From Gammaproteobacteria bacterium (GTDB taxonomy: Bacteria > Pseudomonadota > Gammaproteobacteria > Magnimaribacterales > D2472): a DNA stretch of 64,000 bases. Location: the NCBI GenBank assembly GCA_038142505.1, contig JAYQKD010000003.1:57312-121311 (forward strand), written 5' to 3'. Made by a program: the position numbers and the translations under genes. Of this stretch, positions 34,506-44,438 are shown piece after piece. Position 1 is the first letter of the stretch. Every line of letters starts with the position of its first letter. Below the pieces are notes generated by a model. It was not told where the DNA came from. It made no database searches and was given only the letters and a program-made list of their open reading frames with translations.

Positions 34506-36638
34506 GTGGAAAATAATAAATTAGAATCTACATCGGTAGAGTTTCAGTATGGAAACAAATTAGTAAAATTAGAAACAAATAAAGTTGCAAGACAAGCCAC
34601 AGCTGCAGTTGTTGTAACAATAGATGATTTGGTTGTTCTCACAACTGTAGTCGCAAAAAAAGAAGCAGACCCTGGAAAAGATTTTTTTCCATTGGCTGTT
34701 TTTTATCAAGAAAAATTCTATGCAACAGGTGTAATTCCTGGAGGGTTTTTTAAAAGAGAAGCAAGGCCCACTGAAAGAGAAACATTAACATCGAGGCTAA
34801 TTGATAGGCCTATTAGACCTTTATTCCCAGAAGAGTTTAAAAACGAGGTTCAGGTCTTTTCAACAGTGATGTCATCAGGTAAAGAACAAAATCCTGATAT
34901 AGCTGCCATGATTGGTGCTTCAGCAGCCTTATGTGTGGCAGGTGTTCCTTTTGATGGACCTATGGGTGCTGCTAGGGTGGGATTCATAGATGGTAACTAT
35001 GTTTTAAATCCGACGTTTGCGGAGCTAGAAGACTCATATCTTGATATGGTTGTAGCCGGAACGGAACAAGCGGTTCTAATGGTTGAGTCCGAGGCAAAAG
35101 AATTAAATGAAGATCTTATGCTTGGTGCGGTATTATTCGGCCATCAAGAAATGCAGGCAGTTATCAATGCTTGTAAAGAGCTAAAAGATAAAGCAGGAAA
35201 AGAAGACTGGGTTATTACACCAGATGAAGAATCTCCAAGATATTACTCAGAGTTACAAGAAAAATATACTGACCAAATTAAAAATGCTTTTACTATAAAG
35301 CTTAAATCCGAGAGATCTGAGGCTATAAGTAAAATTAGAGAAGATATTGTTAATTCATATCCTGAAGCTGATGACATTCAATTAGGAAAAGTTTTAGGTG
35401 CGTTTAAAAATCTAGAAAAGGACATAGTTAGACAAAATATTTTAAGTAATCAGCCAAGGATTGACGGGCGAGATACAGATACAGTTAGACCAATTTTTAT
35501 CGAAACTGATGTTTTACCAAGCACTCACGGATCATCTTTATTTACAAGAGGTGAAACACAAGCAATTGTTGTTGCAACATTAGGCTCATCAAGAGATGCT
35601 CAAAGAATTGAAGCTATTGAAGGTCAAGGAACTGACAATTTTATGCTGCATTATAATTTTCCAGCATACAGTGTTGGAGAAATAGGAATGCCAATGGGTC
35701 CAAAAAGAAGAGAAATTGGACACGGAAATTTAGCTAAGAGAGCTATTAAAGCAGTACTACCTGATGTAACAGATTTTGGATATACAATGAGGGTGGTATC
35801 TGAGATTACTGAATCTAATGGTTCAAGTTCTATGGCATCAGTTTGTGGTACTTCATTATCATTAATGGATGCCGGTGTTCCAATATCAAGTCCAGTTGCA
35901 GGTATAGCAATGGGATTAATAAAAGAGGGCGATGATTTTGCTGTTCTTACAGATATTCTAGGTGATGAAGATCATCTTGGTGATATGGATTTTAAAGTAG
36001 CTGGAACAGAAACAGGCATTACTGCTCTACAAATGGATATCAAAATTCAAGGTATAAATGAAGCCATTATGGAAGTTGCTCTAACCAAAGCAAAAGCTGC
36101 AAGAACTCATATTCTTGGAATAATGAATGAAGCTATTTCAGCACCTAAAGATCTTTCAGAAAATGCTCCTGCAATGAAAACTTTTATGGTTGATAAAGAT
36201 AAAATCAAAGAGATTATTGGTAAAGGTGGAGCAGTTATCAAATCAATGCAAGAAAAAACTGGAGCAACAGTTGATATTGATGATGACGGAACTGTTTCAG
36301 TCTTTGGTCAAAATCAATCTTCAATGAAAGCATGTCTTGAAATAATTGAGGGTATCTTAGAAGAACCTGAATTAGATAAGGTGTACAAAGGTACTGTTGT
36401 TAAGATAGTTGATTTTGGTGCTTTTGTTAATATTCTTCCAGGTAAGGATGGATTGCTGCACATATCTGAAATTGCTCATGAAAGAACAGAGGATGTAAGT
36501 GCTGTGCTATCAGAGGGTCAAGAAATTGACGTAAAACTCATAGGCTTTGATAGAGGAAAGATGAAATTATCTGCAAAAGCTTTGATAGAAAAAAGTAAAC
36601 CAGAAGAGCTTGAAACAGATAGTAGCTCTGAAGAATAG
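34506..36638 (+). CDS. pnp: polyribonucleotide nucleotidyltransferase (GTG start)
   Basis: Two RNase PH domains, KH and S1 domains; 710 aa. Confidence 0.97.
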   Translation: MENNKLESTSVEFQYGNKLVKLETNKVARQATAAVVVTIDDLVVLTTVVAKKEADPGKDFFPLAVFYQEKFYATGVIPGGFFKREARPTERETLTSRLIDRPIRPLFPEEFKNEVQVFSTVMSSGKEQNPDIAAMIGASAALCVAGVPFDGPMGAARVGFIDGNYVLNPTFAELEDSYLDMVVAGTEQAVLMVESEAKELNEDLMLGAVLFGHQEMQAVINACKELKDKAGKEDWVITPDEESPRYYSELQEKYTDQIKNAFTIKLKSERSEAISKIREDIVNSYPEADDIQLGKVLGAFKNLEKDIVRQNILSNQPRIDGRDTDTVRPIFIETDVLPSTHGSSLFTRGETQAIVVATLGSSRDAQRIEAIEGQGTDNFMLHYNFPAYSVGEIGMPMGPKRREIGHGNLAKRAIKAVLPDVTDFGYTMRVVSEITESNGSSSMASVCGTSLSLMDAGVPISSPVAGIAMGLIKEGDDFAVLTDILGDEDHLGDMDFKVAGTETGITALQMDIKIQGINEAIMEVALTKAKAARTHILGIMNEAISAPKDLSENAPAMKTFMVDKDKIKEIIGKGGAVIKSMQEKTGATVDIDDDGTVSVFGQNQSSMKACLEIIEGILEEPELDKVYKGTVVKIVDFGAFVNILPGKDGLLHISEIAHERTEDVSAVLSEGQEIDVKLIGFDRGKMKLSAKALIEKSKPEELETDSSSEE

Positions 36639-36654
36639 CGATCAATAAACCTAT

Positions 36655-36687
36655 AAAACCGAAAAGTCAAATTTTCGGTTTTTTTTT
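36655..36687 (+). terminator. rho-independent terminator after pnp
   Basis: Perfect 11-bp stem AAAACCGAAAA/TTTTCGGTTTT with a 6-nt loop, running into a T tract. Confidence 0.8.
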
Positions 36688-36771
36688 GTTCACAAAATTT
36701 GAATGATTTCGCTTTTTTATGGTCTGATATCAATTGCAAATCATATAAAAAACCTAATAGGGGGGAATATT

Positions 36772-36990
36772 ATGGATAATGTATTTAGAATGATAGGCGA
36801 TGTAGTTGGTCATCTAACTAGCATCTTAATTGGAGTCTTAGGTCTTGGTATCGTTGCTGCATTGGTATTTGGAGATGCTGGTTTAGGTATTGACGTAATT
36901 GGCAATATTACAAATTTAGTTAGTGATCTAGCTAGCGGTGGTGTTGTTGGACTTCTAGTAATAGCAATATTACTCAGCCTAGTTAAGTAA
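36772..36990 (+). CDS. small hydrophobic Gly-rich membrane protein (72 aa), unknown function
   Basis: ATG preceded by AGGGGGGAA. Two hydrophobic segments carry GxxxG-type spacing (GVLGLGIVAALVFGDAGLG; GGVVGLLVIAILL). Bracketed by two strong terminators. Confidence 0.55.
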   Translation: MDNVFRMIGDVVGHLTSILIGVLGLGIVAALVFGDAGLGIDVIGNITNLVSDLASGGVVGLLVIAILLSLVK

Positions 36991-37004
36991 TTACTAAATA
37001 GTTC

Positions 37005-37036
37005 GCTAAGAAGGGTTTATTGCCCTTCTTAGCTTT
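37005..37036 (+). terminator. rho-independent terminator after the 72-aa ORF
   Basis: Perfect 11-bp stem GCTAAGAAGGG/CCCTTCTTAGC with a 7-nt loop, followed by TTT. Confidence 0.75.
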
Positions 37037-37043
37037 AATAAAT

Positions 37044-37285
37044 ATGAAATTTAAGATAACTCTTGCAAATAACAACAGATTTTTCTTAATAAAATTACAA
37101 AGTTCTAGTTCCTTTAGTTACAGCTTATCTTATTGCTTGGTATTATTTTTGGACCAGATACACCATATGTTGGTGATGTTTATAAAAATGTTACCAAATA
37201 TTTTAAATATGCTTGGGAAGATGCGTTGCTTGCATTAGTTTCATTAGTTATTATTTTAAGTTACTTAAATATAAATAAAGACTAA
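37044..37285 (+). pseudogene. possible second small membrane protein, readable only across three frames
   Basis: MKFKITLANNNRFF.. / ..YKVLVPLVTAYLIAWYYFW / GPDTPYVGDVYKNVTKYFKYAWEDALLALVSLVIILSYLNINKD*. The joins fall at T/A runs. Speculative. Confidence 0.25.
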
Positions 37286-37296
37286 TTTTTAAGATC

Positions 37297-37373
37297 TGGT
37301 GGCTATGGGTGGAATTGAACCACCGACCCCAGCGTTATGAGTGCTGTGCTCTAACCATCTGAGCTACATAGCC
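37297..37373 (-). tRNA. elongator tRNA-Met (anticodon CAT)
   Basis: The reverse complement GGCTATGTAGCTCAGATGGTTAGAGCACAGCACTCATAACGCTGGGGTCGGTGGTTCAATTCCACCCATAGCCACCA closely parallels E. coli tRNA-Met(m). There is an A31-C39 mismatch at the base of the anticodon stem. tRNA-Ile2(CAU) is not formally excluded. Confidence 0.85.
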
Positions 37374-37428
37374 AATCGTTGAATGATAAGTCCTAGAATT
37401 CAAGAGTCAATATTTTTTTTCATTAACT

Positions 37429-38517
37429 TTAAACATTAAATTTAAAATGAATAACGTCTCCATCTTTTACGATGTATTCCTTTCCTTCTAATCTTAATTT
37501 ACCTTTTTCTTTTGAACCAGATTCTCCATTACATGAGATGTAATCCTCAAAACTAATTACTTCAGCTTTAATAAACCCTCTTTCAAAATCAGTATGAATA
37601 ACTCCAGCTGCATTGGGAGCAGTTGAATTATTCTTGATGGTCCATGCTCTTATTTCTTGAGGTCCAGCAGTAAAATATGTTTGAAGCCCAAGAAGCTCAT
37701 ATCCTTTAAAAATAATTTTATTTAGAACAGGTTCATCCATATCCATTAATTCTAAATATTCTTTTCTTTCCTCTTCATCTAAAATGGCTATCTCTTGCTC
37801 AATCTTAATTGAAGTTGGTATAACTGTATTGCCAGATAGATTTGCAAATTCTATTAATTTATTAAGAGCATCATCTGAGGATCCATCATCAGAAATATTT
37901 GCAATATAAAATGTTGGCTTGGAACTTAGCAATTGGAAACTTTTAATAATCGCTCTTTCGTCTTCATTGAAACCTTCGATATTTATAAGCTTTCCTTGAT
38001 CAAGGTCGTTTTTAATCCTTATTAAGATTTCATGTTCAGCCTTATTTTTTTTATCGTTAGTTTTTAGAAGTTTTTCGCATTTTAATATTCTCTTGCTGAC
38101 CGTCTCTAGATCAGACATTATTAATTCAAGATTAATTATTTCAGCATCTCTTACAGGATCAATTGACCCATCAACATGGGTAATGTTTTCATCTTCAAAG
38201 CATCGCACGACATGTGCTAGGGCATTCATTTCTCTAATGTTAGATAGGAACGCATTACCAAGACCCTCTCCTTGTGAGGCACCTTTAACAAGACCTGCAA
38301 TATCAACAAGATCTAAACTTGCTGGAATTATCTTCTTTGAATTTACGATATCATTGAGTTTCTTCAATCTATTATCTGGAAGAGGGACCTTTCCAACATT
38401 TGGTTCAATAGTACAAAAAGGAAAATTTTCAGCAGGTATTGAAGATTTTGTTAAAGCATTGAATAGGGTAGATTTACCTACATTAGGAAGCCCAACAATA
38501 CCGCATTTGAATCCCAT
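37429..38517 (-). CDS. ychF: redox-regulated ATPase YchF (Obg-like)
   Basis: MGFKCGIVGLPNVGKST start, TGS-like C-terminus. The ORF extends 20 codons upstream into pth. Confidence 0.93.
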   Translation of the reverse strand: MGFKCGIVGLPNVGKSTLFNALTKSSIPAENFPFCTIEPNVGKVPLPDNRLKKLNDIVNSKKIIPASLDLVDIAGLVKGASQGEGLGNAFLSNIREMNALAHVVRCFEDENITHVDGSIDPVRDAEIINLELIMSDLETVSKRILKCEKLLKTNDKKNKAEHEILIRIKNDLDQGKLINIEGFNEDERAIIKSFQLLSSKPTFYIANISDDGSSDDALNKLIEFANLSGNTVIPTSIKIEQEIAILDEEERKEYLELMDMDEPVLNKIIFKGYELLGLQTYFTAGPQEIRAWTIKNNSTAPNAAGVIHTDFERGFIKAEVISFEDYISCNGESGSKEKGKLRLEGKEYIVKDGDVIHFKFNV

Positions 38518-38518
38518 A

Positions 38519-39085
38519 TTATTTTGTATGTAATGTTTTTTGTAATTTAGAAAATTCTTGATTGCATAACGTATCAAAATTTAGAGCAAACAAATCGAAA
38601 GCTATATCAACATACTCTTTATCAGTTGGATGAAATTTATTTAATACCCAATTAGAAACCATATCTTTATGTCCAGGATGACCTATTCCAATTCTTATTC
38701 TTAAATAGTCTTTAGAGCCAGTTTTTTCAAAAATATCTTTAAGGCCATTGTGACCGCCATGACCGCCACCTTCCTTGAACCTAACTTCTCCAGGATTTAA
38801 ATCTAAATCATCATGGAAAATAACTATTTTATTATTAGGTAAGTTGATATTTTTAACTAATTTAGCAACTGTACGGCCACTGTTATTTACATAGTTATTC
38901 GGTATAACCCAAAGAATTTCTTCTGAATTTGAGTGTGTTATTTCTGCTTCAATATTAGTTTTTGGAACAAAATCACTGCAGTAAGATTTGCTGAGATTTA
39001 AAAGCCATTCTTTGCCAATATTGTGTCTAGTGCTATTATATTTTGATCCAGGATTACCCAAACCAATAAAGCAAAGTTTAAGCAA
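38519..39085 (-). CDS. pth: peptidyl-tRNA hydrolase
   Basis: GLGNPG..Y..TRHN and HGGHNGLKD motifs; pth-ychF synteny. Confidence 0.94.
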   Translation of the reverse strand: MLKLCFIGLGNPGSKYNSTRHNIGKEWLLNLSKSYCSDFVPKTNIEAEITHSNSEEILWVIPNNYVNNSGRTVAKLVKNINLPNNKIVIFHDDLDLNPGEVRFKEGGGHGGHNGLKDIFEKTGSKDYLRIRIGIGHPGHKDMVSNWVLNKFHPTDKEYVDIAFDLFALNFDTLCNQEFSKLQKTLHTK

Positions 39086-39088
39086 TTT

Positions 39089-39802
39089 TTAGCTCTCTTC
39101 AGATCCTTCTGCAGAGTCTTCAGAGGCTGATTCTTCACCGCCTTCTTCAGCAGCACCTTCTTCAGCAGCACCTTCTTCAGCAGCACCTTCTTCACCTTCT
39201 TCAATGACTGGCTCTTCTTCAACAGCTTTAGGAGCATTAACAGATACAACCATTTGATCGGTTTCTTCTGTAAGCCCAGGAATCTCTGATCCTTCAGGTA
39301 AAGTAACTTCTGTAAGTCTTATTGATGCACCTAATTCAAGTTCTGAAACATCTACATCTATTGATTCAGGAATATTTCCAGCTAAACACATAATCTCAAC
39401 TTCTCTGATAGCTTTTGTTATTAAGCCACCATCATTCTTAACCCCGACACACTCTTCTTCATTGACAAAGTTCATAGGAATGACAACTTTTAGTTTAGTT
39501 TTTCTAGATACTCTTTGAAAATCAGCATGAAGTAATTTGCCTTTGGCAGGATCTCTTTGAAGCTCTTTTAATACAACTTTCTCTTCAAGATCACCATTTT
39601 TAATTAGAAGAACCTGAGTATAAAAAAGCTCATTTTGAGAAGCTTTAGTAAGCTCATTAAGATGTAACTTTAAATTTAAAGATTCTTTTTCATCTCCATA
39701 AACTATTGCTGGAACCATTCCGTCAACTTTTCTAATAACTCTAGCTTTATTAGATCCAGTTCTTTCTCTTGTTTCAGCATTTAAAACTATTTGATCACTC
39801 AT
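39089..39802 (-). CDS. rplY: 50S ribosomal protein L25 / general stress protein Ctc, long form with acidic repeat tail
   Basis: L25 N-terminal and Ctc beta domains. The C-terminus is EEGEEGAAEEGAAEEGAAEEGGEESASEDSAEGSEES. Confidence 0.85.
   Translation of the reverse strand: MSDQIVLNAETRERTGSNKARVIRKVDGMVPAIVYGDEKESLNLKLHLNELTKASQNELFYTQVLLIKNGDLEEKVVLKELQRDPAKGKLLHADFQRVSRKTKLKVVIPMNFVNEEECVGVKNDGGLITKAIREVEIMCLAGNIPESIDVDVSELELGASIRLTEVTLPEGSEIPGLTEETDQMVVSVNAPKAVEEEPVIEEGEEGAAEEGAAEEGAAEEGGEESASEDSAEGSEES
39141..39199. repeat. in-frame 15-bp tandem repeat (CCTTCTTCAGCAGCA x3 plus partial copies) inside the rplY 3' end
   Basis: Copies at 39141-39155, 39156-39170 and 39171-39185 are identical. 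They encode the AEEGA repeats. Confidence 0.85.
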
Positions 39803-39811
39803 AATATCCTC

Positions 39812-40766
39812 TTATATAAACATCTCACTTAGAGATTCTTCATTGCTTAATCTTTTGATGCATTCTGCAATTGTCGCACCTAAAGAAATGACGCGTATTT
39901 TACTGCATTTTTCACCTTCATGTGACAATGGAATTGAATTTGTTACCACAAGTTCATCAATTTCAGACTTATTTAATCTTTCTATAGCTGGACCAGAGAG
40001 CACAGGATGCGTGATATATGCTTTTACACCTGCTGCACCATGATCTTTTAATGCTTTAGCAGCATTACACAGTGTTCCAGCTGTATCAATGATATCATCA
40101 GGCACTATACATACTTTACCCTCAATATCACCAATAATATTCATTACCTCTGATTGGTTAGCTGCAGCTCTTCTTTTATCTATGATTGCTAAGTCAGCAT
40201 CATTCAGTTGTTTTGCTAAAGCCCTAGATCGAACTACACCACCAACATCTGGTGAAACCACAACAATATTATTATCTGGATTATTCTCTTTAATATCATC
40301 AACCATCAATTTAGTTGCATAGACATTATCAGCAGGCATATCAAAGAAACCTTGAATAGTCTCAGAATGTAGGTCTACAGTTAAAACTCTATCTATCCCA
40401 ACAGAATAAAACATATCAGCTACAACTTTTGCACTAATTGGTACCCTTGCAGATCTAACTCTTCTGTCTTGTCTTGCATAACCGTAATAGGGAACAATGG
40501 CTGTAATTCTTGATGCGGACGATCGCTTTAAGAGCATCTGCAAGCAACATTAATTCCATTAAATTTTTATTTGAAGGAGCGCATGTAGATTGAAGTATAA
40601 AAGTATCATGACCTCTGACATTATCTTCAATTTGGACTTTTATTTCTCCGTCCGAGAAATACCCTACATCTGCTTTAGATATTTTAATATCTAATATTTT
40701 TGCAACCTCATTAGCTAGCTCTGGATTTGCTGTTCCAGTGAAAAGATCTAGGATTTGTTTGCTCAT
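39812..40766 (-). CDS. prs: ribose-phosphate pyrophosphokinase (one frameshift near 40527)
   Basis: ORFs 40455-40766 and 39812-40543 join as ..[33 protein letters not shown].. once one base is removed from the AAA run. PRPP-binding loop DDIIDTAGT. Confidence 0.93.
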
Positions 40767-40783
40767 TCTTTCCCTCTCTTAAT

Positions 40784-40858
40784 TGGCTGGGGTGGTAGGA
40801 TTCGAACCTACGCATGACGGGATCAAAACCCGTTGCCTTACCGCTTGGCTACACCCCA
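40784..40858 (-). tRNA. tRNA-Gln (anticodon TTG)
   Basis: The reverse complement TGGGGTGTAGCCAAGCGGTAAGGCAACGGGTTTTGATCCCGTCATGCGTAGGTTCGAATCCTACCACCCCAGCCA resembles E. coli tRNA-Gln. Confidence 0.93.
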
Positions 40859-40861
40859 ATA

Positions 40862-41674
40862 CTACACAAACTCCCTTAAAGGCGAATATTGTAATGGTTT
40901 AGCTAAAAAGAATCTCCAATTACTTGGAATTATTTTCAAAATTTTATCTTTTTCAGCCTCATTATTATATTTTATAAACATGGTTGAGCCACTACCCGAG
41001 AGATAAATTCGATGTTTTTTTGAATTTTTTCTATAAAAATCTCTTACCTCTTTATTGCTCTTTAAAAAAATTCCCCAAAAAGAATTTTGATCATCTTCTA
41101 ATAATTCATTTTTATTTTTTTTTGATTCCTCATAGTCTGAGAACATTTTTTGTGTTGAATTAAATATCTTCGGGTCAATGATAATATATTTTGAAATATC
41201 GGATTTTTTCTCTTGAAAAATATCACCAATACCTGAGGCAAATGCATTTTTACAATTTATAAAAAATGGAACATCTGCACCTATTGTTCTTCCAATATTT
41301 ATCATTTGGTCTTGGTTTAAATTTAACCCCCATATCTTATTTAAAACCATAATAGTTGTGGCTGCATTTGAACTTCCGCCGCCAAGACCTGCACCTATTG
41401 GGATATTTTTTTGAATTGTAATTTTAGCTCCATAATTTTTCTTAGAAAGCTCTTGTAAAGAAACTGCAGCCTTGTAAATTGTATTTTCTTTTGCATTAAG
41501 TGAAGAGTTATTGGTATCAATCAAGATACCATCTTTTGCTTGTTCAAAAGTCATAAAATCATACAAATCAATAAATTGAAAAGAAGTATCCAGATTATGA
41601 TAACCATCAGAATTTTTATCTAATATTTTTAAATGAAGATTAATCTTTGCTGGTGAGCTTATTGAGACCTTCAT
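40862..41674 (-). CDS. ispE: 4-diphosphocytidyl-2-C-methyl-D-erythritol kinase
   Basis: GHMP kinase motif IPIGAGLGGGSSNAA; lolB-ispE-prs synteny. Confidence 0.87.
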   Translation of the reverse strand: MKVSISSPAKINLHLKILDKNSDGYHNLDTSFQFIDLYDFMTFEQAKDGILIDTNNSSLNAKENTIYKAAVSLQELSKKNYGAKITIQKNIPIGAGLGGGSSNAATTIMVLNKIWGLNLNQDQMINIGRTIGADVPFFINCKNAFASGIGDIFQEKKSDISKYIIIDPKIFNSTQKMFSDYEESKKNKNELLEDDQNSFWGIFLKSNKEVRDFYRKNSKKHRIYLSGSGSTMFIKYNNEAEKDKILKIIPSNWRFFLAKPLQYSPLREFV

Positions 41675-42150
41675 TTTTTAATTAAATACCCGTTAATTAA
41701 ATTTTCTTGATAAGAGATAGCAAAATTTACATTATTGTTTTTTCTGCTGCATGTAAAATCAAAATATGAACCTTCAACCAATTCATTAATGTTAAAGCCT
41801 CTTGATAAAAGGCACTGTCTCAACCAATACTTAAAATTTCTGTTTACAGTATCAGGTATATAAAAAGGATTACTGTTTTTAGTTGGCATTATGTTTAAAT
41901 TTTTGTTCTCATTAGCTTCAATAATCAAGACATTTCCATAAAAAGGCTTCTTAAGTTGTATAATAGATTCTAGTTTAGATAAGCTTATAACTATATTTAG
42001 TGATACTGGTTCAACATTGGTTGATTCAATCAGCAACTTGCCTGAATAAATGTTGTATTTATTATCTTTGTTAATAGTTGAGCAAGAGACAGTTATACAA
42101 ACAAGCACATAAATAAATTTTTTTATAATGGAATTACAGTTATTTGGCAT
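41671..42150 (-). CDS. lolB: outer-membrane lipoprotein LolB-like (short, 159 aa)
   Basis: Call rests on position between hemA (divergent) and ispE and on a signal peptide with lipobox-like ITVSC. Sequence similarity was not verifiable by eye. Confidence 0.5.
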   Translation of the reverse strand: MPNNCNSIIKKFIYVLVCITVSCSTINKDNKYNIYSGKLLIESTNVEPVSLNIVISLSKLESIIQLKKPFYGNVLIIEANENKNLNIMPTKNSNPFYIPDTVNRNFKYWLRQCLLSRGFNINELVEGSYFDFTCSRKNNNVNFAISYQENLINGYLIKK

Positions 42151-43360
42151 AAATCATAAAACTTCAAATGTTTCTGAAAGAGAGCAATTCATTATAAATG
42201 AGTCCAATCAAATTTTATTAAATACTTTCTTAAAAGAAAAATTTAAAGAAAAGATAGACTCTTTTTTTGGTGTTTCTACTTGTAATAGAACTGAAGTTTA
42301 TTTTCTAGCTGATTCTGGGCTTGTTAATGAAATTCTTCTTGAAACATTAATATTTTTTGAAATAAACCACATTCAAAAAGAAAGCTTTTATATCCTTGAT
42401 AACCAGGATGCATTGATACATATGTGTAAAGTTGCATCAGGAATAGATTCTCAAGTACTTGGAGAACAAGAAATATTTGGACAATTTAAAAAAGCTATAG
42501 AGGTTGCAAGACATGCAGATATAGCTAAACCCAGTCTTTTAAGTTACACAAAAAAAGTTATCGAGATAGTAAAAAAAGTTAGAACACAGACAAATATAGG
42601 ATTAAATCCATTATCTGTTAGTGGATTGTCGTTAAATTTAGTAAAAAATATCTTTGAGGAGCCTCAAAATCAAAACGTTCTTATACTTGGAGCTGGATCA
42701 TTGGCGCACGCTATTATTGATGATCTTATTAAAAAAGGCATAACTAATATTCGAGCAGTAAATAGAAGTAAAAAAATAATAAAAATAAATAATGATTATG
42801 AAATAGTTCCATCATCTTTAAATACTTTGCATAGAGAATTAGAGTTTGCTGACATCGTAATAGCCTCGGCTACTGCTGATCTGCCTTTAATTGGTAAAGG
42901 CTCTATAGAAAAAGCTCTTAAAGTTCGAAGAAACAAACCAATGCTTTTAATTGATTTAGCAGTTCCAAGAAATATTGAGGAAGAAATTAAGAAAATAGAG
43001 CAAGCATATTTATTTTCAATCGACGATATAGAAAAAATTACGCAGGACAATTATGGTCAAAGAGTAATAGAAGCTGAAAAAGCTCTTAACATAATTGTGC
43101 TTGAGTCTCAGGATGCCCTTAAATCAATTCGTGAAAAAATAACCAAAGATAAAGTTCAAATAAAATTAGAATCGTTTTTAGATCAGCTTTCAGACGAAGA
43201 GATAAAAAGGTTTAAATCCGCAGAGGATTTAAAACAAATGATAATGAATTTATCAATAATAAAATATGAAGATAAATCTTTAGATGAGGTCTTAGATATT
43301 AAAAATATTGATAATCATGTAATTGAGTCAATGTTTAAAAGGTATATTGATAATGCATGA
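42128..43360 (+). CDS. hemA: glutamyl-tRNA reductase
   Basis: LFGINHKTSNVSERE N-terminus, catalytic STCNRTE, NADPH-binding LGAGSLA. Confidence 0.92.
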   Translation: MELQLFGINHKTSNVSEREQFIINESNQILLNTFLKEKFKEKIDSFFGVSTCNRTEVYFLADSGLVNEILLETLIFFEINHIQKESFYILDNQDALIHMCKVASGIDSQVLGEQEIFGQFKKAIEVARHADIAKPSLLSYTKKVIEIVKKVRTQTNIGLNPLSVSGLSLNLVKNIFEEPQNQNVLILGAGSLAHAIIDDLIKKGITNIRAVNRSKKIIKINNDYEIVPSSLNTLHRELEFADIVIASATADLPLIGKGSIEKALKVRRNKPMLLIDLAVPRNIEEEIKKIEQAYLFSIDDIEKITQDNYGQRVIEAEKALNIIVLESQDALKSIREKITKDKVQIKLESFLDQLSDEEIKRFKSAEDLKQMIMNLSIIKYEDKSLDEVLDIKNIDNHVIESMFKRYIDNA

Positions 43361-44438
43361 TTCAATGAAGGCAAAGCTATCAAAACTTCAGGAAAGGCTT
43401 GCTGAAATTCAGAAGTTATTAATAGACTCAGAGACTATTAAAGATATGGATAACTACACTCTACTTAATAAAGAGTTTGCAGATTTAAAGCCAATTGTTG
43501 ATAAGTTTGATGAATATAACTCTGTTCTTGCTGCTATAAATGATGCAAATGAGATTCTTGAATCAGGTGACGAAGATTTAAAAAGTCTTGCTGAAGAAGA
43601 ATTAAAAGAATCATTAGATAAACCAGATAAATTAGAACAAGAATTAAAATTAATGTTATTACCTAAAGATTCAGCAGATGATGGTTCTGCATTTCTTGAA
43701 ATCAGAGCAGGAGCTGGAGGAGATGAGGCAGGTATTTTTGCAGGGGATCTATTCAGAATGTATTCACGACTTGCAGAAAGAGAAGGCTGGAATGTTGATG
43801 TGATTGATATTAAACAAGCAGAGCAGGGCGGTCTTAGAGAAGTCGTTGCTCAATTGAACGGTAAAAGTGTATTTAAAGTATTAAAATTTGAATCGGGTGT
43901 TCATAGAGTTCAAAGAGTTCCTGAGACTGAATCTCAAGGAAGAATTCACACTTCAACGTGTACTGTTGCGATACTGCCTGAAGTTGAAGAAGTTCAAGAC
44001 ATACAAATTGATAAAAATGATTTAAGGGTTGATACATTTAGAGCCTCTGGAGCTGGAGGTCAACATGTAAATAAAACTGATTCTGCTGTTAGACTAACAC
44101 ATATACCTAGCGGTCTCGTTGTTGAGTGCCAAGACGGAAGATCTCAGCATAAAAATAAAGAAAAAGCACTCTCGTTATTGGCTTCAAAATTAAAACAAGC
44201 AGAAATTGAAAGTCAGCAAGAAAGTATTGCTAGTGAAAGAAAAATATTAGTTGGTACTGGAGACAGAAGCGAAAAAATTAGAACATATAACTTTCCACAA
44301 GGCAGAATGACTGATCATAGGATTAAGTTAACACAACATAACTTAGATCAAATTATGGATGGAGATATTAAATCTATATGTGATGCTCTATTAGCGGAGA
44401 ATCAGTTAGCAATGCTTTCTCAACTTGAATCAGAATAA
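43353..44438 (+). CDS. prfA: peptide chain release factor 1
   Basis: Tripeptide anticodon motif PET (RVPETES) and GGQHVNKTDSAVRLTH. The start was chosen at the first ATG overlapping the hemA end. Confidence 0.95.
   Translation: MHDSMKAKLSKLQERLAEIQKLLIDSETIKDMDNYTLLNKEFADLKPIVDKFDEYNSVLAAINDANEILESGDEDLKSLAEEELKESLDKPDKLEQELKLMLLPKDSADDGSAFLEIRAGAGGDEAGIFAGDLFRMYSRLAEREGWNVDVIDIKQAEQGGLREVVAQLNGKSVFKVLKFESGVHRVQRVPETESQGRIHTSTCTVAILPEVEEVQDIQIDKNDLRVDTFRASGAGGQHVNKTDSAVRLTHIPSGLVVECQDGRSQHKNKEKALSLLASKLKQAEIESQQESIASERKILVGTGDRSEKIRTYNFPQGRMTDHRIKLTQHNLDQIMDGDIKSICDALLAENQLAMLSQLESE

Noticed and set aside
37297-37373. The CAT-anticodon tRNA as tRNA-Ile2 (lysidine-modified)
   Set aside because: The acceptor stem, D arm and variable region closely follow E. 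coli elongator tRNA-Met rather than ileX. This cannot be fully excluded without a classifier.
38998-39249. 83-aa ORF with KKVLLKKVLLKKVLL repeats
   Set aside because: It is an alternative frame of the 15-bp tandem repeat in the rplY 3' end, running over the pth start region. The L25 frame is the conserved one.
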